Under the pieces are notes generated by a model. The model was not told the origin of the DNA. It saw only the letters and a list, made by a program, of their open reading frames with translations, and ran no database searches. A stretch of 64,000 nt of DNA from Gordius albopunctatus (Eukaryota). This document shows, in pieces, positions 27,090 to 38,997 of the stretch. Every line of letters begins with the position of its first letter. The first letter of the stretch is position 1. A program made the position numbers and the translations under genes. The DNA lies in contig OZ193909.1 of assembly GCA_964276515.1 (NCBI GenBank), positions 8,928,001 to 8,992,000 of the forward strand. The letters are read 5' to 3'.

Positions 27090-27485
27090 CAGAAAAACCT
27101 CCAAGGCTTAGAAGTGTAAATTTAGACTCGGGTCATGAATGGTTGGAGGCTATCCCTAGTCCCTCGGTCTACTCCTATCTCATAGACAATTCATTATTTC
27201 TATAGGCCAAAGACTAGGGTCCAATTAAGTTACCGATCACAAATGCTTACTTTGTAATAATCTTAACCTAACGGCCATCATGGCCTTCACTGCAATCGCA
27301 ATACGAATTAGTCAATGCCGCGGTAAAATATATTCATTGTTATTTGAACACGGTAGTCCTCGAAACCAAAGGTGTGTGGGAAAATAGCTAAAGGTCTGAT
27401 GGCCATTTTCCAGCTGATTGGGAAAAAAGACTGTGTTTGGGATTTTACTTATAACGATACTTTCGCCCCATCTCAACTAAACATT
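27090..27485 (+). pseudogene. Decayed CRE-like non-LTR retrotransposon C-terminal region
   Basis: Across frameshifts: SGHEWLEAIPSPS...IGQRLG...HKCLLC...GHHGLHC...VVLETKG...SDG...CVWDFTYNDTFAPSQL. Confidence 0.7.
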
Positions 27486-29309
27486 GATCCTTTCACTGAC
27501 AAAACCCTTGAAATTTAAAAATAACACAGGTCTAAAAAACCATCCTGTAATCGGACCAATACCTCTGATAGAGAATTTTGCGCTGAAAAATAATCTGTCT
27601 TTAGTATTTTCCCAAAAATTCCGGTCTCTTAAATAAACGAGGCTGAAAGTGCAAAAATACCTATTTTAACCTTTATTAAGGCTATTTATTTAATTAATTA
27701 AAGTTAATACACCTAAGAAGTTAGAATTCAGTATTACAACTAAATTAAAATACTTTAATAAAATTACATGAGAATATTCAACTTTCAATAAGCAGTTTAA
27801 ATTTATTTGATTCATTTATATCAGTTAATACACCTAAGTTTTCGATTATAACAAAAATATTTATTAATTCATATTGCTATATACCAAAATCCCTTCTAAT
27901 GAAATCGACGATGTAATATGTGCTGAAATACCTGATCTATCGTCGCAAACGAGGAAAGCGAGTCGCTGGATGGCCTGACATATTCAAAGATACTGCGATA
28001 GGCCGACTATACACTATTAATCCAAATCAATATGAATGTTTTTTTCCTCCAATGCTTTTAATTAACTTCCCCGGTCCAACATGTTTCTAGCAGTTTAAAG
28101 CTGTCAACGGCGTTGCAAATTCCAATTTTCATAGTGCATGCCAAGCTATGCATTGGGATGAATAGATTAGTGACGCGTCATACTTCACATCCAAAACAAA
28201 TGTGCATTGTTTGCAATTATATTGATCTCCTGCTCTCCGTCATCTCCTAACGATTTATGGAGTAAATATAAAGAATTTATGGCAGAAGATATCATTCATC
28301 GGAATAGTCATGCACATCCGATTATTAACATGGATCAAATGCTACAACATTATAACGAACCTTTAATTATTCTTGAAGATTTATGCTTACAAATTTTAAA
28401 TAATGTTTGACTCAATCGGTCATGCCTGCACCAAATCGATCAACTGCTGCTCCATTTGATGTAGTCGATGTTGACTTACATCGTGAACAAAATTGCAACC
28501 AGAGTGATCTTTGTCTTATGTGCGATCTAATGTTCAAAAGCTAAGGCTGGAACAAAAAGCCATTTACTATAAGATTTTTCTTGCTGTTATTTAAAGATAT
28601 GGAGAAGTCTTCTTGTTAGATGCTCTAGGGGGAACCAGTAAAACTTTCCCACTGACATTGCTCCTGGCAACTATTCGTTTCCAAAATAAATAGCCGTGGC
28701 TCTAGCGTCTTCCGGAATAGCTGTCACATTGTTGCCCGTGAAAAATGTTCATTCAATCTTAAAATTGACTTTAAACGTTCATTAAAGTGAAACTTCAATG
28801 TGCAACATTCCAAAAACATCTGAAATGGTTAAATTATTACAGGAGTGCAAACTTATCGTTTGGGATGAATGCACAATGGCCCATAAAATATCGCTCAAAA
28901 TTCTTAATTGGTTCAACATTTGATAACGCATAATTATTGCTTACCGGACATTTCAGGCAAACTTTACAGGTGCTCCCTTGATCTAACCCTGAAATATTAT
29001 ATTTTGTGACCTTATATAAAAAAGTTATATAAAATGAACCTGCAGGTGAGATATACTCCCATCAATTGCTAGAAATTAGGAACGGGTCCATGCCCATTGA
29101 TATATGCTCAGGACGGATTTCTCTTCCAACCAACTTCTGCAATATTATTCCGTCGAAAACTGCTTTGGCTTAAAAAGTATTTTTAAATAATAAAGCCCAT
29201 TATCATGATCGACTTTGGCTCCGCCAATGGGCTATTCTCGCCCCCAATAATAAAGACGTCCACGAGCTTAACATCTCATTCTACCTAACATTCAGGACGT
29301 TTTAATTAC

Positions 29310-29600
29310 ACGGTTCAACAAGAAAAATTAACAGGCAAACTATTTGCAGATTCTGGTAGAGTTTTTTACGGTGAACACAAATTTGTTTTTAGTTTTTTAC
29401 CTATACGTCAAGTTTTTTAAATATTCGCTGTCAAAGTTGCCAAAAACGCGATTTTAGCGTTTTTCAAACGTCAATAACGTGCAAATTAGTCGGTAAAAAT
29501 TTTGTTTAATAGATTTAATACGTAGATATAGGAGAGAGGAATGTATCCACAATTTTTTTATCCTAGCACTTTTACTTTTTAAATTATATACAAAATTAAT
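29310..29600. mobile_element. Terminus of a Tc1/mariner-like non-autonomous element
   Basis: Similar to the ends of the 58255-59612 element (ggtgaacaca...cctatacgtcaagtttt); only one end visible. Confidence 0.45.
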
Positions 29601-29671
29601 TATCCCTATCTTTTACATTGACAAATTACAGCAGACTTGAGGGCGTCCTCCCTTCTCTTCAACACTAGGAA

Positions 29672-32600
29672 TTAAGTGCGTGTTGTTGTTTTGGTAATAG
29701 TATTAGTAGAGTACGCCTGTCCATTTGATTGCGGATAATACGGCGCACTCACTTCATGTCTCACCCCTTGTTCTATACAAAATTTGCTCAACTCCTTACA
29801 AATGAAGGCCGGTCCTCCGTCCGACACAACCCTTCGGGGCAATCCATATTTTCCAAATAACCTCTTCATAATGCCAATCACAACCCGTCCCGACATTTTA
29901 CTTACTTTGAAAAATTCCACCCAATTAGAATACGCGTCTACCACCAATAAAAACGCCTTGCCTCTCCACTCAAAGAAGTCTACATGCACCCTCTCCCAAG
30001 CCCTAGCGGCTGATTTCCATCTACCCTTTCTCCTTCCCCGCGGCATGTCCCCCACCACATTACACGCTTCACACGCTTTTGCCAAATCTTCTATATCCTC
30101 AGTCATTTTAGGCCACCACATATATTCCCGTGCCCATTGCTTCATCTTAACTATCCCCTGATGCCCCGCATGCAGTACTTTTAACGCCTCCCCCTTTAAA
30201 CTTGCCGGCATGACTACCCGTGCGCCCCTCATTATACATCCTTCCACCAGGTGCAGCTCCTTCCTTACTCTCCGATAGGCTCTTTCTTCCGTGTTCCATT
30301 CCTTATTCCCTTGCACACATTCCCCTACTCTCTTTAATACCAAATCCCCGACCATGCTATCCCTTATTTGATCCCATGATATGGGTCCCCTTACATCTAC
30401 CCTAAGCGCGGCAACGTTCGCATATTCATTCGCTCCTTCTTTATAATCTTGACTATCTCCCCCCCTCATTCACGCCATTTTCCTTGGGTACCCACCTAGA
30501 CAGAATATCCGGCAGATAATTCATCTTTCCCAGTCTATATTTGATTTTAACATTAAAACCTCCCATTAATACTAACCATCTTTGAAGTCTCGGTGATAGC
30601 AGTAGCTGGTGATTATCTTTTCTAAATAAATCTCTTAACGCTTTGTGATCAGTATATAAGGTAAACGGCCGGCCTATTAAGTATTCCCTACATCTGACCA
30701 CTCCATATATCATAGCTAAAGCCTCTTTCTCAATTACCAAATACCGTAATTCGCAGTCCCTTAACTTCCTGGAAAAATATAAAATGGGCCTCTCTACCCC
30801 TTCTTCCAGCTGTAATAATACTCCCCCGACACCCAACATCGACGCATCTACCGCCAATCTTGTCTCTCTTTCATTGTGAAAGCATATTAATACAGGCCTA
30901 GCGGCCAGAGATTGCTCTAACCGCTCATAACTATACTGACATTTTTCGTCCTATATAAAGGTTATCCTCTTCCGTATCAAACTATACAATGGTGCTGCTA
31001 ACTGAGCAAAATCCTGGATAAACTTCCTATAATAATTGAATACCCCTAAGAAACTCTGTAGCTCTTTCTTTGTATTCTGAACCCTCAAATTCCTGATCAC
31101 TTCTACCTTGTTAGCTACCGGCTCTATAGTATTCCCCTTCAATACATGACCCAAATATGTCACTTCTTCCACTGCAAACACACTTTTTTCTCTGCTTACT
31201 ATCATACCACTATCTTTAATCCTGCCTAACACTTCGTATAACCGAGCATTATGCTCATCTTTGGACCTACCACTCACTATAAAATACCCCCTCTAGATCT
31301 CGGAAAATAGCCGCCATAATCATACCCTTTGTGCGTGTTGATGGTTAAATATCGACTGGTTTTCCCGGAAACAGGTAATTGCAAATAAGCACTGGCAAAA
31401 TCGATCTTCGAATACCATCGACAGCCACTCAACTGTGCTACAATTTCCTCAAACCGGGGCAGTGGGTACTTAACCTCCCTTACGCATTGGTTAAGAGTTA
31501 CCCGAAAATCCACACATAATCTTAACTCCCCATTTGCCTTTCTTACTGGCACTAAAGGTGTCGCCCAATAACTCGACATAACTTCCTTGATTGCCCCCTC
31601 TTTCAGCCATTTGTCCAATTCTTTCTCCACTCCCTTCTTCCATTCTAATGGTATCCTTCGCGCCCTACTAAACTTGGGTAAAGCGCCCTCCTTTAATTCT
31701 ATTTCTACTTCTACTCCTTCTCTGTTACCTCGTTACCTTCCTCCCTCTCCTCCTCCTCATCCTTAAACGTCACCTCTAATGCTATATCCCCCTTCCTCAC
31801 CCAATCCCACCAATTAAATTTCTTCGACCATGTATCAATCCATTCCCACCCCACGATATTAGTAGCTTTCCAATCCATGACATACAAATCTGCAATTTTA
31901 CACTTCTTATCGTGACTAACCATCACCACGCATTTACCTAGGCCTTTCAATTCTTACCCCGTTAACAAGCGGACGTTAAGTTTACACTTCATGTCTCATT
32001 TCGGCTTACCTAAAGCTACCCATGTCTCTTTCAACATTAGATGAATTTCTCCATTCAACTTGACCTTAATAAAGGGTTGTTTATTCGCAAATGCCCCGAC
32101 TCTTATATAGTTATAGGTTCTCATTACTCTTTTTCCCAACCTCCCTTTTATCCAGCCACACCCAATTTTAAACCACCATACCATCCTTAGCGTCTTTCGC
32201 CAACATTTAATGCTAAGCCACCATATGACACGATAAAAGCTTAATTCTAATCTAATTAAATATACATAAGTCCGCCCTATCCAACGTAATATGTAAAATA
32301 TATATGAAATATAAAGAAAAAGAAATACCCTTTTTACAATAATAATAAGAAAAAATTTATATATTTTTATATACAAAATAAAAATCCAATTAAAAGCATG
32401 TAAAAATACAGTTCTCCACTCTTTTAGTCATGTCAAAACGCGTCTAAAGCATTCTCTCGACCTGTGCCCATCCGCTCGACAGATAAAAGATATAAGTCCC
32501 TGGTTATCTCTCGGACATGTCCTCATTCCATGTCCTAACTCTCCACATTTGTAACATTTTAAATTGTTGCTATTAACCCCCTTTCGCCCTTCACACGTTG

Positions 32601-33313
32601 CACATTTTTTTAAACCAGCCATAATACAAGATATGCATCCATTGAATAGAAAACCTACACAAAAAACAATTACATACACATAATAATCCCACACATATTC
32701 ACGCTTAATATACATTGTTGATGAGAAATCTAATGATAATGATTAACACAATCCTACACAATTTCTTCTTAATTTCCGCCTAATTTAATAATATAAAAAT
32801 TATTATTACACACCCCAAAATTTTTATCATAAACTTACCTATTTGTATCCGAATTCGTATCGCAATTTACTTTTTTCCATGTTTATTATTTCCAGAATAA
32901 TGTATTTAATTGTCCCAATTCGTATTGCAATTAATTTTTTCCAGGTTTAATATTTCACGTTGGGCGCCAATATTGAGTCTGCGATTTATTCCAAGTCCAA
33001 AATTACAATTATCACAATTGAGTATTCGATTTATTTCAAGTCACAAATTACTATTATCACGAAATACGCGGTTTACTCCAGAAAATTAATTAATGAATTT
33101 TATCGCTCCTTCGTTTCTGACCCTCTCTCTCTCTAACTGCCTTGCGCCAGTTGTTATTCTCCCCTCCAGTTGTTATTCTCCTTTGCGTCCCTTACGTTAC
33201 TCCTCTTTCTTAGATTCCCTTTGTCTCCCGCCTACTATCGTCTAGCATCTGGTAAATACCTCTTGCATCTGTCTGCTATTCTTCAACGCCATATATGTCA
33301 TTCATATATGACA
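29672..33313 (-). mobile_element. Gypsy/Ty3 LTR retrotransposon, degraded and 3'-truncated: 5' LTR, PBS, zinc-knuckle gag remnant, PR, RT, RNase H, integrase
   Basis: ORFs with CYKCGELGHGMRTC; WATPLVPVRKANGELRLCVDFR; AVDAS..GVGGVL, TLYTDHKAL; LHAGHQG...CEAC, WERVHVDF, VVSDGGPAF, PYYPQSNGQA (pol order PR-RT-RH-IN). PBS TGGCGCCCAACGTG at 32969-32956; LTR ~33313-32971, boundaries approximate. Confidence 0.92.
32956..32969 (-). promoter_or_regulatory. Primer-binding site complementary to the 3' end of tRNA-Lys(CUU)
   Basis: Minus strand TGGCGCCCAACGTG matches the classic Lys1,2 PBS prefix. Confidence 0.8.
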
Positions 33314-33387
33314 GGATTTTTGTAATACTTTAATATTTTAAATAAAACATGAGAAATTTTTATTTTGTATAGATTTTTCTTAAAAGT

Positions 33388-33507
33388 CGAGACGAGACGA
33401 GACCGAGATTTTTCTAGACAGAGTCGAGACGAGATTGAGACTTTCATAATCGCTCCCTAAACGAGACGAGATTTTGCATTTGAGACCGAGACGAGATCGG
33501 AACACTA
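33388..33507. mobile_element. hAT-type terminus remnant with gagacgagac subterminal repeats
   Basis: Repeated (cgaga)n motifs ending in aacacta; abuts the truncated 3' end of the minus-strand RTE. Confidence 0.55.
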
Positions 33508-34780
33508 GTCCCTAAACTCCTGATAATTCTCCGACTTTTTTGATTTATGCGACTGTCATATAGATTTTTTTTCTTTTGATGGAATCTTTAACCGACTGAT
33601 CACACCACCATAGTTCCCTATTCATAGCTTTACCTCCTTTGATCTGTCCTAGAACACGAATCATGTCCTTAGATAGCGTCTCCCAATCGTCGACTACGTC
33701 CCTTTGCAACTTCCTTGCATCCAAGAGTGAGGAATCATTTTGATGGTATTCTTCGTTCGTCGACGTATCCTTTAGCCTTTCGTATCGAATTCGAGGTTCA
33801 AAGACCTTTCTTCTTTCGGGAAATACTCTTCTGTCAAGATTCATAACAAGAAGACGATGTTGCCTGGCGATTTCTTCTCCCGGTATTACTTTGAAATCCT
33901 TGATACTCCTTAAGTCCTTTCGCCGTATAAGCAAATAGTCAATTTGACTGAAATGCTTCCCACTTCTACAGATCACAATATGATCTTCGCGCTTTTGAAA
34001 ATATATGTTAAAGATCGTCATGTTATATGCTTGTGATACTTGGAGAAGTTTTTCACCTTCTTTGTTCGTCAGACCATGCCCATAGCCTCCATGATGATTG
34101 TGTTCAAACCCGAGGCGATCTTTCCCTACGTCAGCGTTAAAATCTGCCCCAATAATTAGCCTTTCTTTCTGTCCTATCCCTTGTATTTCCTTTTCCAGTG
34201 AATCGAAGAATATGTCTTTTTCTGATTCCCAACACACAATTTGGGAAGCATACGCGCATATAGCGGTTAGGAGGCCTCCTTGATCTGCAATCTTCACCCA
34301 CATTAGCCTGTCGGAACAACGCTTGACTTCCACCACCTTGTCCTTGAACGATTCGCTTAGAACGATACCGACCCCGTTTCTACGATTTGGTGACCCACTG
34401 TAGAAAAGCTTTTATCCTTCTCCTAATTCCCGAGCTTCCGTTTCGTTCCACCTCGTCTCTTGTAGGCAGGCGATGTGTACCTTTCTTCTTTTTAGCATTT
34501 GTTCCCCGTCAACGTTCCCACATTCCAGCACGTTATTCGCATCCTTTTAACAACTAATTTCCTTAACCGCTTTCGTTGTGAGTTGGGCAGTAACCCTAGT
34601 GTATTTTTCACATTGCACGGGCGGGGTATTCAGTGCGCGTCGTTTGTGGAGGACGCCCTATCCTTTTATTGTAAAATATTGTTTGAAATTATCATAATTT
34701 TGGAGTTGGTTTTTATAGCCGGTTTCCGACCTGACGCCAACCCTCCACTTTTTGCACACAGACTTGGGACCGTCGTAGGT
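33508..34780 (-). mobile_element. RTE LINE, 5' part only (5' UTR + AP endonuclease), 3'-truncated
   Basis: CWNVGTLTG, ACLQETRW, NGVGIV, SDRLMWVKI, LIIGADFNA, SQIDYLL, FKVIPGEEIARQHRLLV; 5' UTR starts with the RTE-typical acggtcccaag...ggagggttggcgtcagg. Confidence 0.9.
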
Positions 34781-35109
34781 AGTGTTGCTGCTAATTATAC
34801 AATAGAAATTTTAAATTCACTTGTTATGCCAGGATTACGACATTGAAAATTGTCATACCGATTATATACACTTTTGTCACCCAATTATGCATATTATCGC
34901 TAAACATCGCATTTTTTAACCTATAAAATTAAACACTAGCTAATAAGTATTTAAAACTGTAATAATTCTATGTATTTATGAATAATTTTCTTATTCGTTA
35001 AATAATATATATTTACATAGTTATAATTATATTTTCTACATCATAAACTCCCTTACAGATGGCCCAAATTATTTCATGTACTAATTATTTAGCTTATTAA
35101 GGACTAAGA

Positions 35110-38100
35110 CAGGGGCGTGGTGGTGTAGTGGGTATAACTTTAGACTTTGAAGCTCGAGGTTTCTGGTTCGATTCCACCTCCTCCGGTATTTATTTCAAAG
35201 TTTAAAAATATCTCACATCCTCAACACGGCTGTCAGGCCTAGATAGCCGAGCGTCACCCCTGATCCAAGTGCTATGAAAGTTTGTAATAATGAAAGTAAT
35301 GAAAGCGCTAGGGCGTCCTCCGTAAACGACGCGCATGGTAGGCGCCCGTATCATATGAAAAATCAACGAGGGTCATTACATCTTCCGCAAACGGATGTAG
35401 TTAAAGAAACTAGTTTGCTAAGGACGAGATTGAGAGTGTGCTCACTAAATGTTGGAACGATGACTGCAAAATGCCGAGAAGTTGCTGACACCCTGAGCAA
35501 ACGACGGGTTGATATAGCGTGTATACAGGAAACAAGATGGAAAGGCGCAAAAGCAAGGATGATAGATGAAGGCTATAAACTTTACTTCAATGGCCTTGAA
35601 ACAAATAAAAATGGCGTGGCAATCATTCTAGCCTCACATCTGCAAGATAAAGTCATTGAGGTACAAAGAAAAAGTGGGCGACTCATGATGTTGAAACTAT
35701 GTATAGAGGGTCAAATAATTAATGTAGTTTCCGGATATGCTCCGCAAACAGGATGCACAGATAAAGAAAGGAGGAATTTCGAGAAGAATTAGACGAAATG
35801 CTGCGAATGATACCCAGAGCCGAGATAGTTATAATTGGAGCAGATATGAATGGTCCCGTAGGCTAAACAAGAGAAGGATTTGAACGGTACCATGGTGGAA
35901 ATGGCTACGGATCGAGAAACGGTTAAGGCGACGAAATATTGGAAATAGCCGTTGCATTTGATTTGGCCATCACAAATACCTTCTTCAAAAAGAATGTAAA
36001 TCACCTAATAACGTACAAAAGTGGAAATCGATCTTCGCAGATTGACTTCCTCCTAACATCAAGAAAGGAGTTAAAGAATGTACGAGATTGTAAGGTGATA
36101 CCAGGTGAGGCTATTGCAGCCCTGCATAGACTTGTTGTGATGGACTATACCATATCCAAGGCGAAAACACAAAAGCCGAAGAGATTAAATGGGAAAATTA
36201 CATGGTTCCGGCTACCAAAATTGAAAGATATTTACAATAATCAAATAGTTGAACGGCTGCAAATAGATGATCAGCAGAATGCTAACGATAGGTGGAATAA
36301 CATAGCTAACACGGTAAGATCAGTAGCGAGGTGTGTTATAGGAGAAAGTAAACAAGGTATACAAAAAGATAAGGAGACATGGTGGTGGAACGGAAACGTG
36401 CAACGCCTGGTCAAATTGAAAAGAAATCTTTACAAATTTATGGTCAGGTAACAGAAATGAGGAAACACGATTGGCATATGTGAAAGCTAAAAATGAGGCA
36501 AAACTTTGTGTAGCCAAGGCTAAAACAAAGGTCTACGAGAATTTGAATGCCAAGTTAACCAGTAAAGAAGGGGAAAGAATGATCTACAAAATCGCAAAGA
36601 CCAGGGTAAGGAACTCACCATGAAGAGCAAAGATGGCATCACTTAACTCTGGACCATGAGATAATAGATCGTTGGGAAGAATATTATAAAGAATTATTAA
36701 ACAGTGAAAATGGGTTTTCGGACCACTGCGAAAGCAAGAACTATGAATATGACCCAGAGTTAGAAGTGACAGTTAAAAAGATGACCATGGGCAGAGCGGT
36801 GGGACCTGATAATATACCTAGTGAAGCTTTTAAAATGCTAGGACCCTTAGGTGTACATCTACTTGCAAAGCTGTTTAACAAAATACTTGCAAGTGGTATG
36901 ATGCCGGATGAGTGGAGGGAAAGCTATGTTATACCTAGAGATGTACAAGAATGCAACAACTATCGAGGGATAAAGTTAACGAGTCACGTAATGAAGGTGT
37001 GGGAAAAGGTTATAGAAGCTAGACTCCGAAAAATAATATCAATAGATGAACGATAATTTGGGTTCATGCCTGGAAAGTCGACTTCAGATGCAATACATGG
37101 TCTTAGGAGACTTATGGAAGTATATAAGGAAAAACAAAAGGATCTTCATATGTGTTTCATCGATCTTGAGAAAGCTTTTGATAAAGTGCCAAGGCAGTTG
37201 ATATGGGATAGCTTGAGTTCCAATGGTGTACCCGAGGCTTATATAATGTTAATAAAGGATATGTATAGAAACGCAAAAACCAAAGTACGGACATCCAGTG
37301 GTACATCAAAGGGATTCAGTCTAAATGTCGGTGTGCAGTGCATCAAGGATCGGCCCTAAGTACATTGTTCTTCATAACAATAATGGATTCGATAACGAAG
37401 AACCTGAAACGCGAATCACCTTGGGCAATGCTCTTTGCGGATGATATCCTCCTGTGTGCAGGATCAAACGTGGAATTAGCAGAGCAGGTAAAAGTGTGGA
37501 TGGAACGAATTGAAAGCAAAGGCCTTAGGGTCAACCGAGATAAAACGTAATATGTATGCTTGGAGTCGGGGAATGAATACAATGAAACACACTTGAAAAT
37601 CGATGACTGGTGTTTAAGCAGCAGGAAAGAATTCAAATATCTTGGTTCTAGGGTACAATGTGATGGAGGTGTGGAAAACAAAATTAAAGCAGGCTGGCTA
37701 AAATTCAGGGAATTGAGTGGTGTCCTATGTGACAAGCACATAGCACTCAAATTGAAAGGACGGTTATATAACACCGTTATTGTACCCACGGTATTGTATG
37801 GAGCGGAAACCTGGGCAATTAAGGCAAAAGAGGAGCAAAGCTTGGCTACAATGGAGATGCGAATGTTGAGATGGATCTTGGGAATAAGCAAAAAAGATCA
37901 TATAAGGAATCAAGAGATAAGGGATAAATTAAATGTAGTTCCGATTCAGAGAAAGTTGGTGGTAAGAATATTGAGATGGTATGGCCATTTGGAGAGACGG
38001 GAGGAAAGTAACTTGGCAAATTGTATCAAGAAAGTGCAAGTCAAAGGTAAGCGAAAGAGAGGTTGGCCTAAACTGACATGGAAGCATAAAATTGATATGG

Positions 38101-38209
38101 ACTTGAGAAGGTACGAGCTAAAGCGAAGCTGGTGTAAGTGCAGGAATACATGGAGAACCTACTTGAAGGAGCTGACCACTAAATGTGACAAACAGCTATA
38201 GGAAAAAAA
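35110..38209 (+). mobile_element. Full-length RTE LINE (APE + RT; several stops and frameshifts) with tRNA-derived 5' head
   Basis: 14-bp TSD attaaggactaaga (35096-35109, 38210-38223); short poly(A). ORFs with SLNVGTMT, IACIQETRW, SQIDFLL, NYRGIKL, FIDLEKAFDKV, HQGSALS, LFADD, FKYLGS, LYGAETW, LRWYGHL. Confidence 0.95.
35112..35186 (+). promoter_or_regulatory. tRNA-derived (Gln-TTG-like) Pol III type-2 promoter head; not a functional tRNA
   Basis: A box TGGTGTAGTGG (35121-35131), anticodon-like loop CT-TTG-AA, B box GGTTCGATTCC (35165-35175); acceptor, anticodon and T stems poorly paired. Confidence 0.8.
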
Positions 38210-38574
38210 ATTAAGGACTAAGAAAAAGCAATGCTTGGCCGGGCACAGCTAGTATATATAGGTGTTAACTAATGAAATTTGGCAAAAGTAATATTATATA
38301 TGACAAACATATTACTTTACGTCTTAAAATAATTTTCAAGTTATTGTATTATTTTTATTAAAAAATATCACCTCATTTATTATTTAATTATATAGAGGAA
38401 TAGGTTATCAATTTAAAGCATGTTTTAAAATTATCATAAAATTATTTCGGGCTTAGCTCAAGTCTGGCTCGGGGTTTATCTTTGGCCGAGGAACGGTCAT
38501 CATTTATTTTCAACCAAAAGACTTATTTTTTGCAGGGAAAATATATTTGATTCTATGATACCATAAATACAGCA

Positions 38575-38915
38575 ACCTGCAGACAAAAATAACAATAGAT
38601 TTTCGCCTTTGGCCGCGGTCATACAAAGTAGAAGTAAGCAACGGTCTTCATTAATCAATTTACTGGAAATTATATAGCCAGTTTCGCAAGTATCCGTTAT
38701 AAAGCAACAGCCTAGACAAATTGCCAACAGAAAAAAATCCATAAATAAAAATTAGCAGCAAAAATAAATGACAATTAACAAGGATTTGGCCTCGGGCGAG
38801 GGTTAAAAAAAGTAGAACTAAGCAACGGCCATCATTAATTTGCAGGTAATTATGTAGCCAGTTTCGCAATTATCCGTTATACAGCAACAGCCTAGACAAA
38901 TTGCCAACAGAAATT
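38575..38915 (+). repeat. Tandem duplication, 2 x ~180 bp
   Basis: aagcaacgg..cattaat...tagccagtttcgcaa.tatccgttata.agcaacagcctagacaaattgccaacagaaa occurs at ~38635-38732 and ~38820-38913. Confidence 0.85.
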
Positions 38916-38997
38916 TTTATTAATCCGTCGGGCCCAAAAAAAATGTGAAAGTTGGGCTTTTACCATATCGCTAGCTGAAAATTGGAGTGCTCTATGA

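Larger units (their letters stand above)
27885..38252 (+). mobile_element. Decayed, 5'-truncated Helitron (RepHel/PIF1 helicase remnant) split by nested insertions
   Basis: 27885-29300: EIDDVICAEIPD, IGRLYTINPNQYECFF, LFAIILISCSPSSPNDLW, LDALGGTSKTF (Walker A remnant), ASSGIAVTLLP, LIVWDECTMAHK, GHFRQTLQV, WAILAPNNKDV. Resumes at ~34785 with NYTIEILNSLVMPGL. 3' terminus gccgggcacagCTAG|t at 38249-38252. Confidence 0.8.

Noticed and set aside
35112..35186. Functional tRNA-Gln(TTG) gene
   Set aside because: Acceptor, anticodon and T stems do not pair, and it lies inside the LINE's TSDs.
34560..35360. HDV-like or hammerhead ribozyme at the RTE 5' ends
   Set aside because: I could not build the nested double pseudoknot or a CUGANGA/GAAA core by eye; left as a test.
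29784..37891. ORFs 29784-30161, 30220-30405, 34098-34283, 37343-37891 and similar
   Set aside because: Antisense or alternate-frame shadows of retroelement genes.
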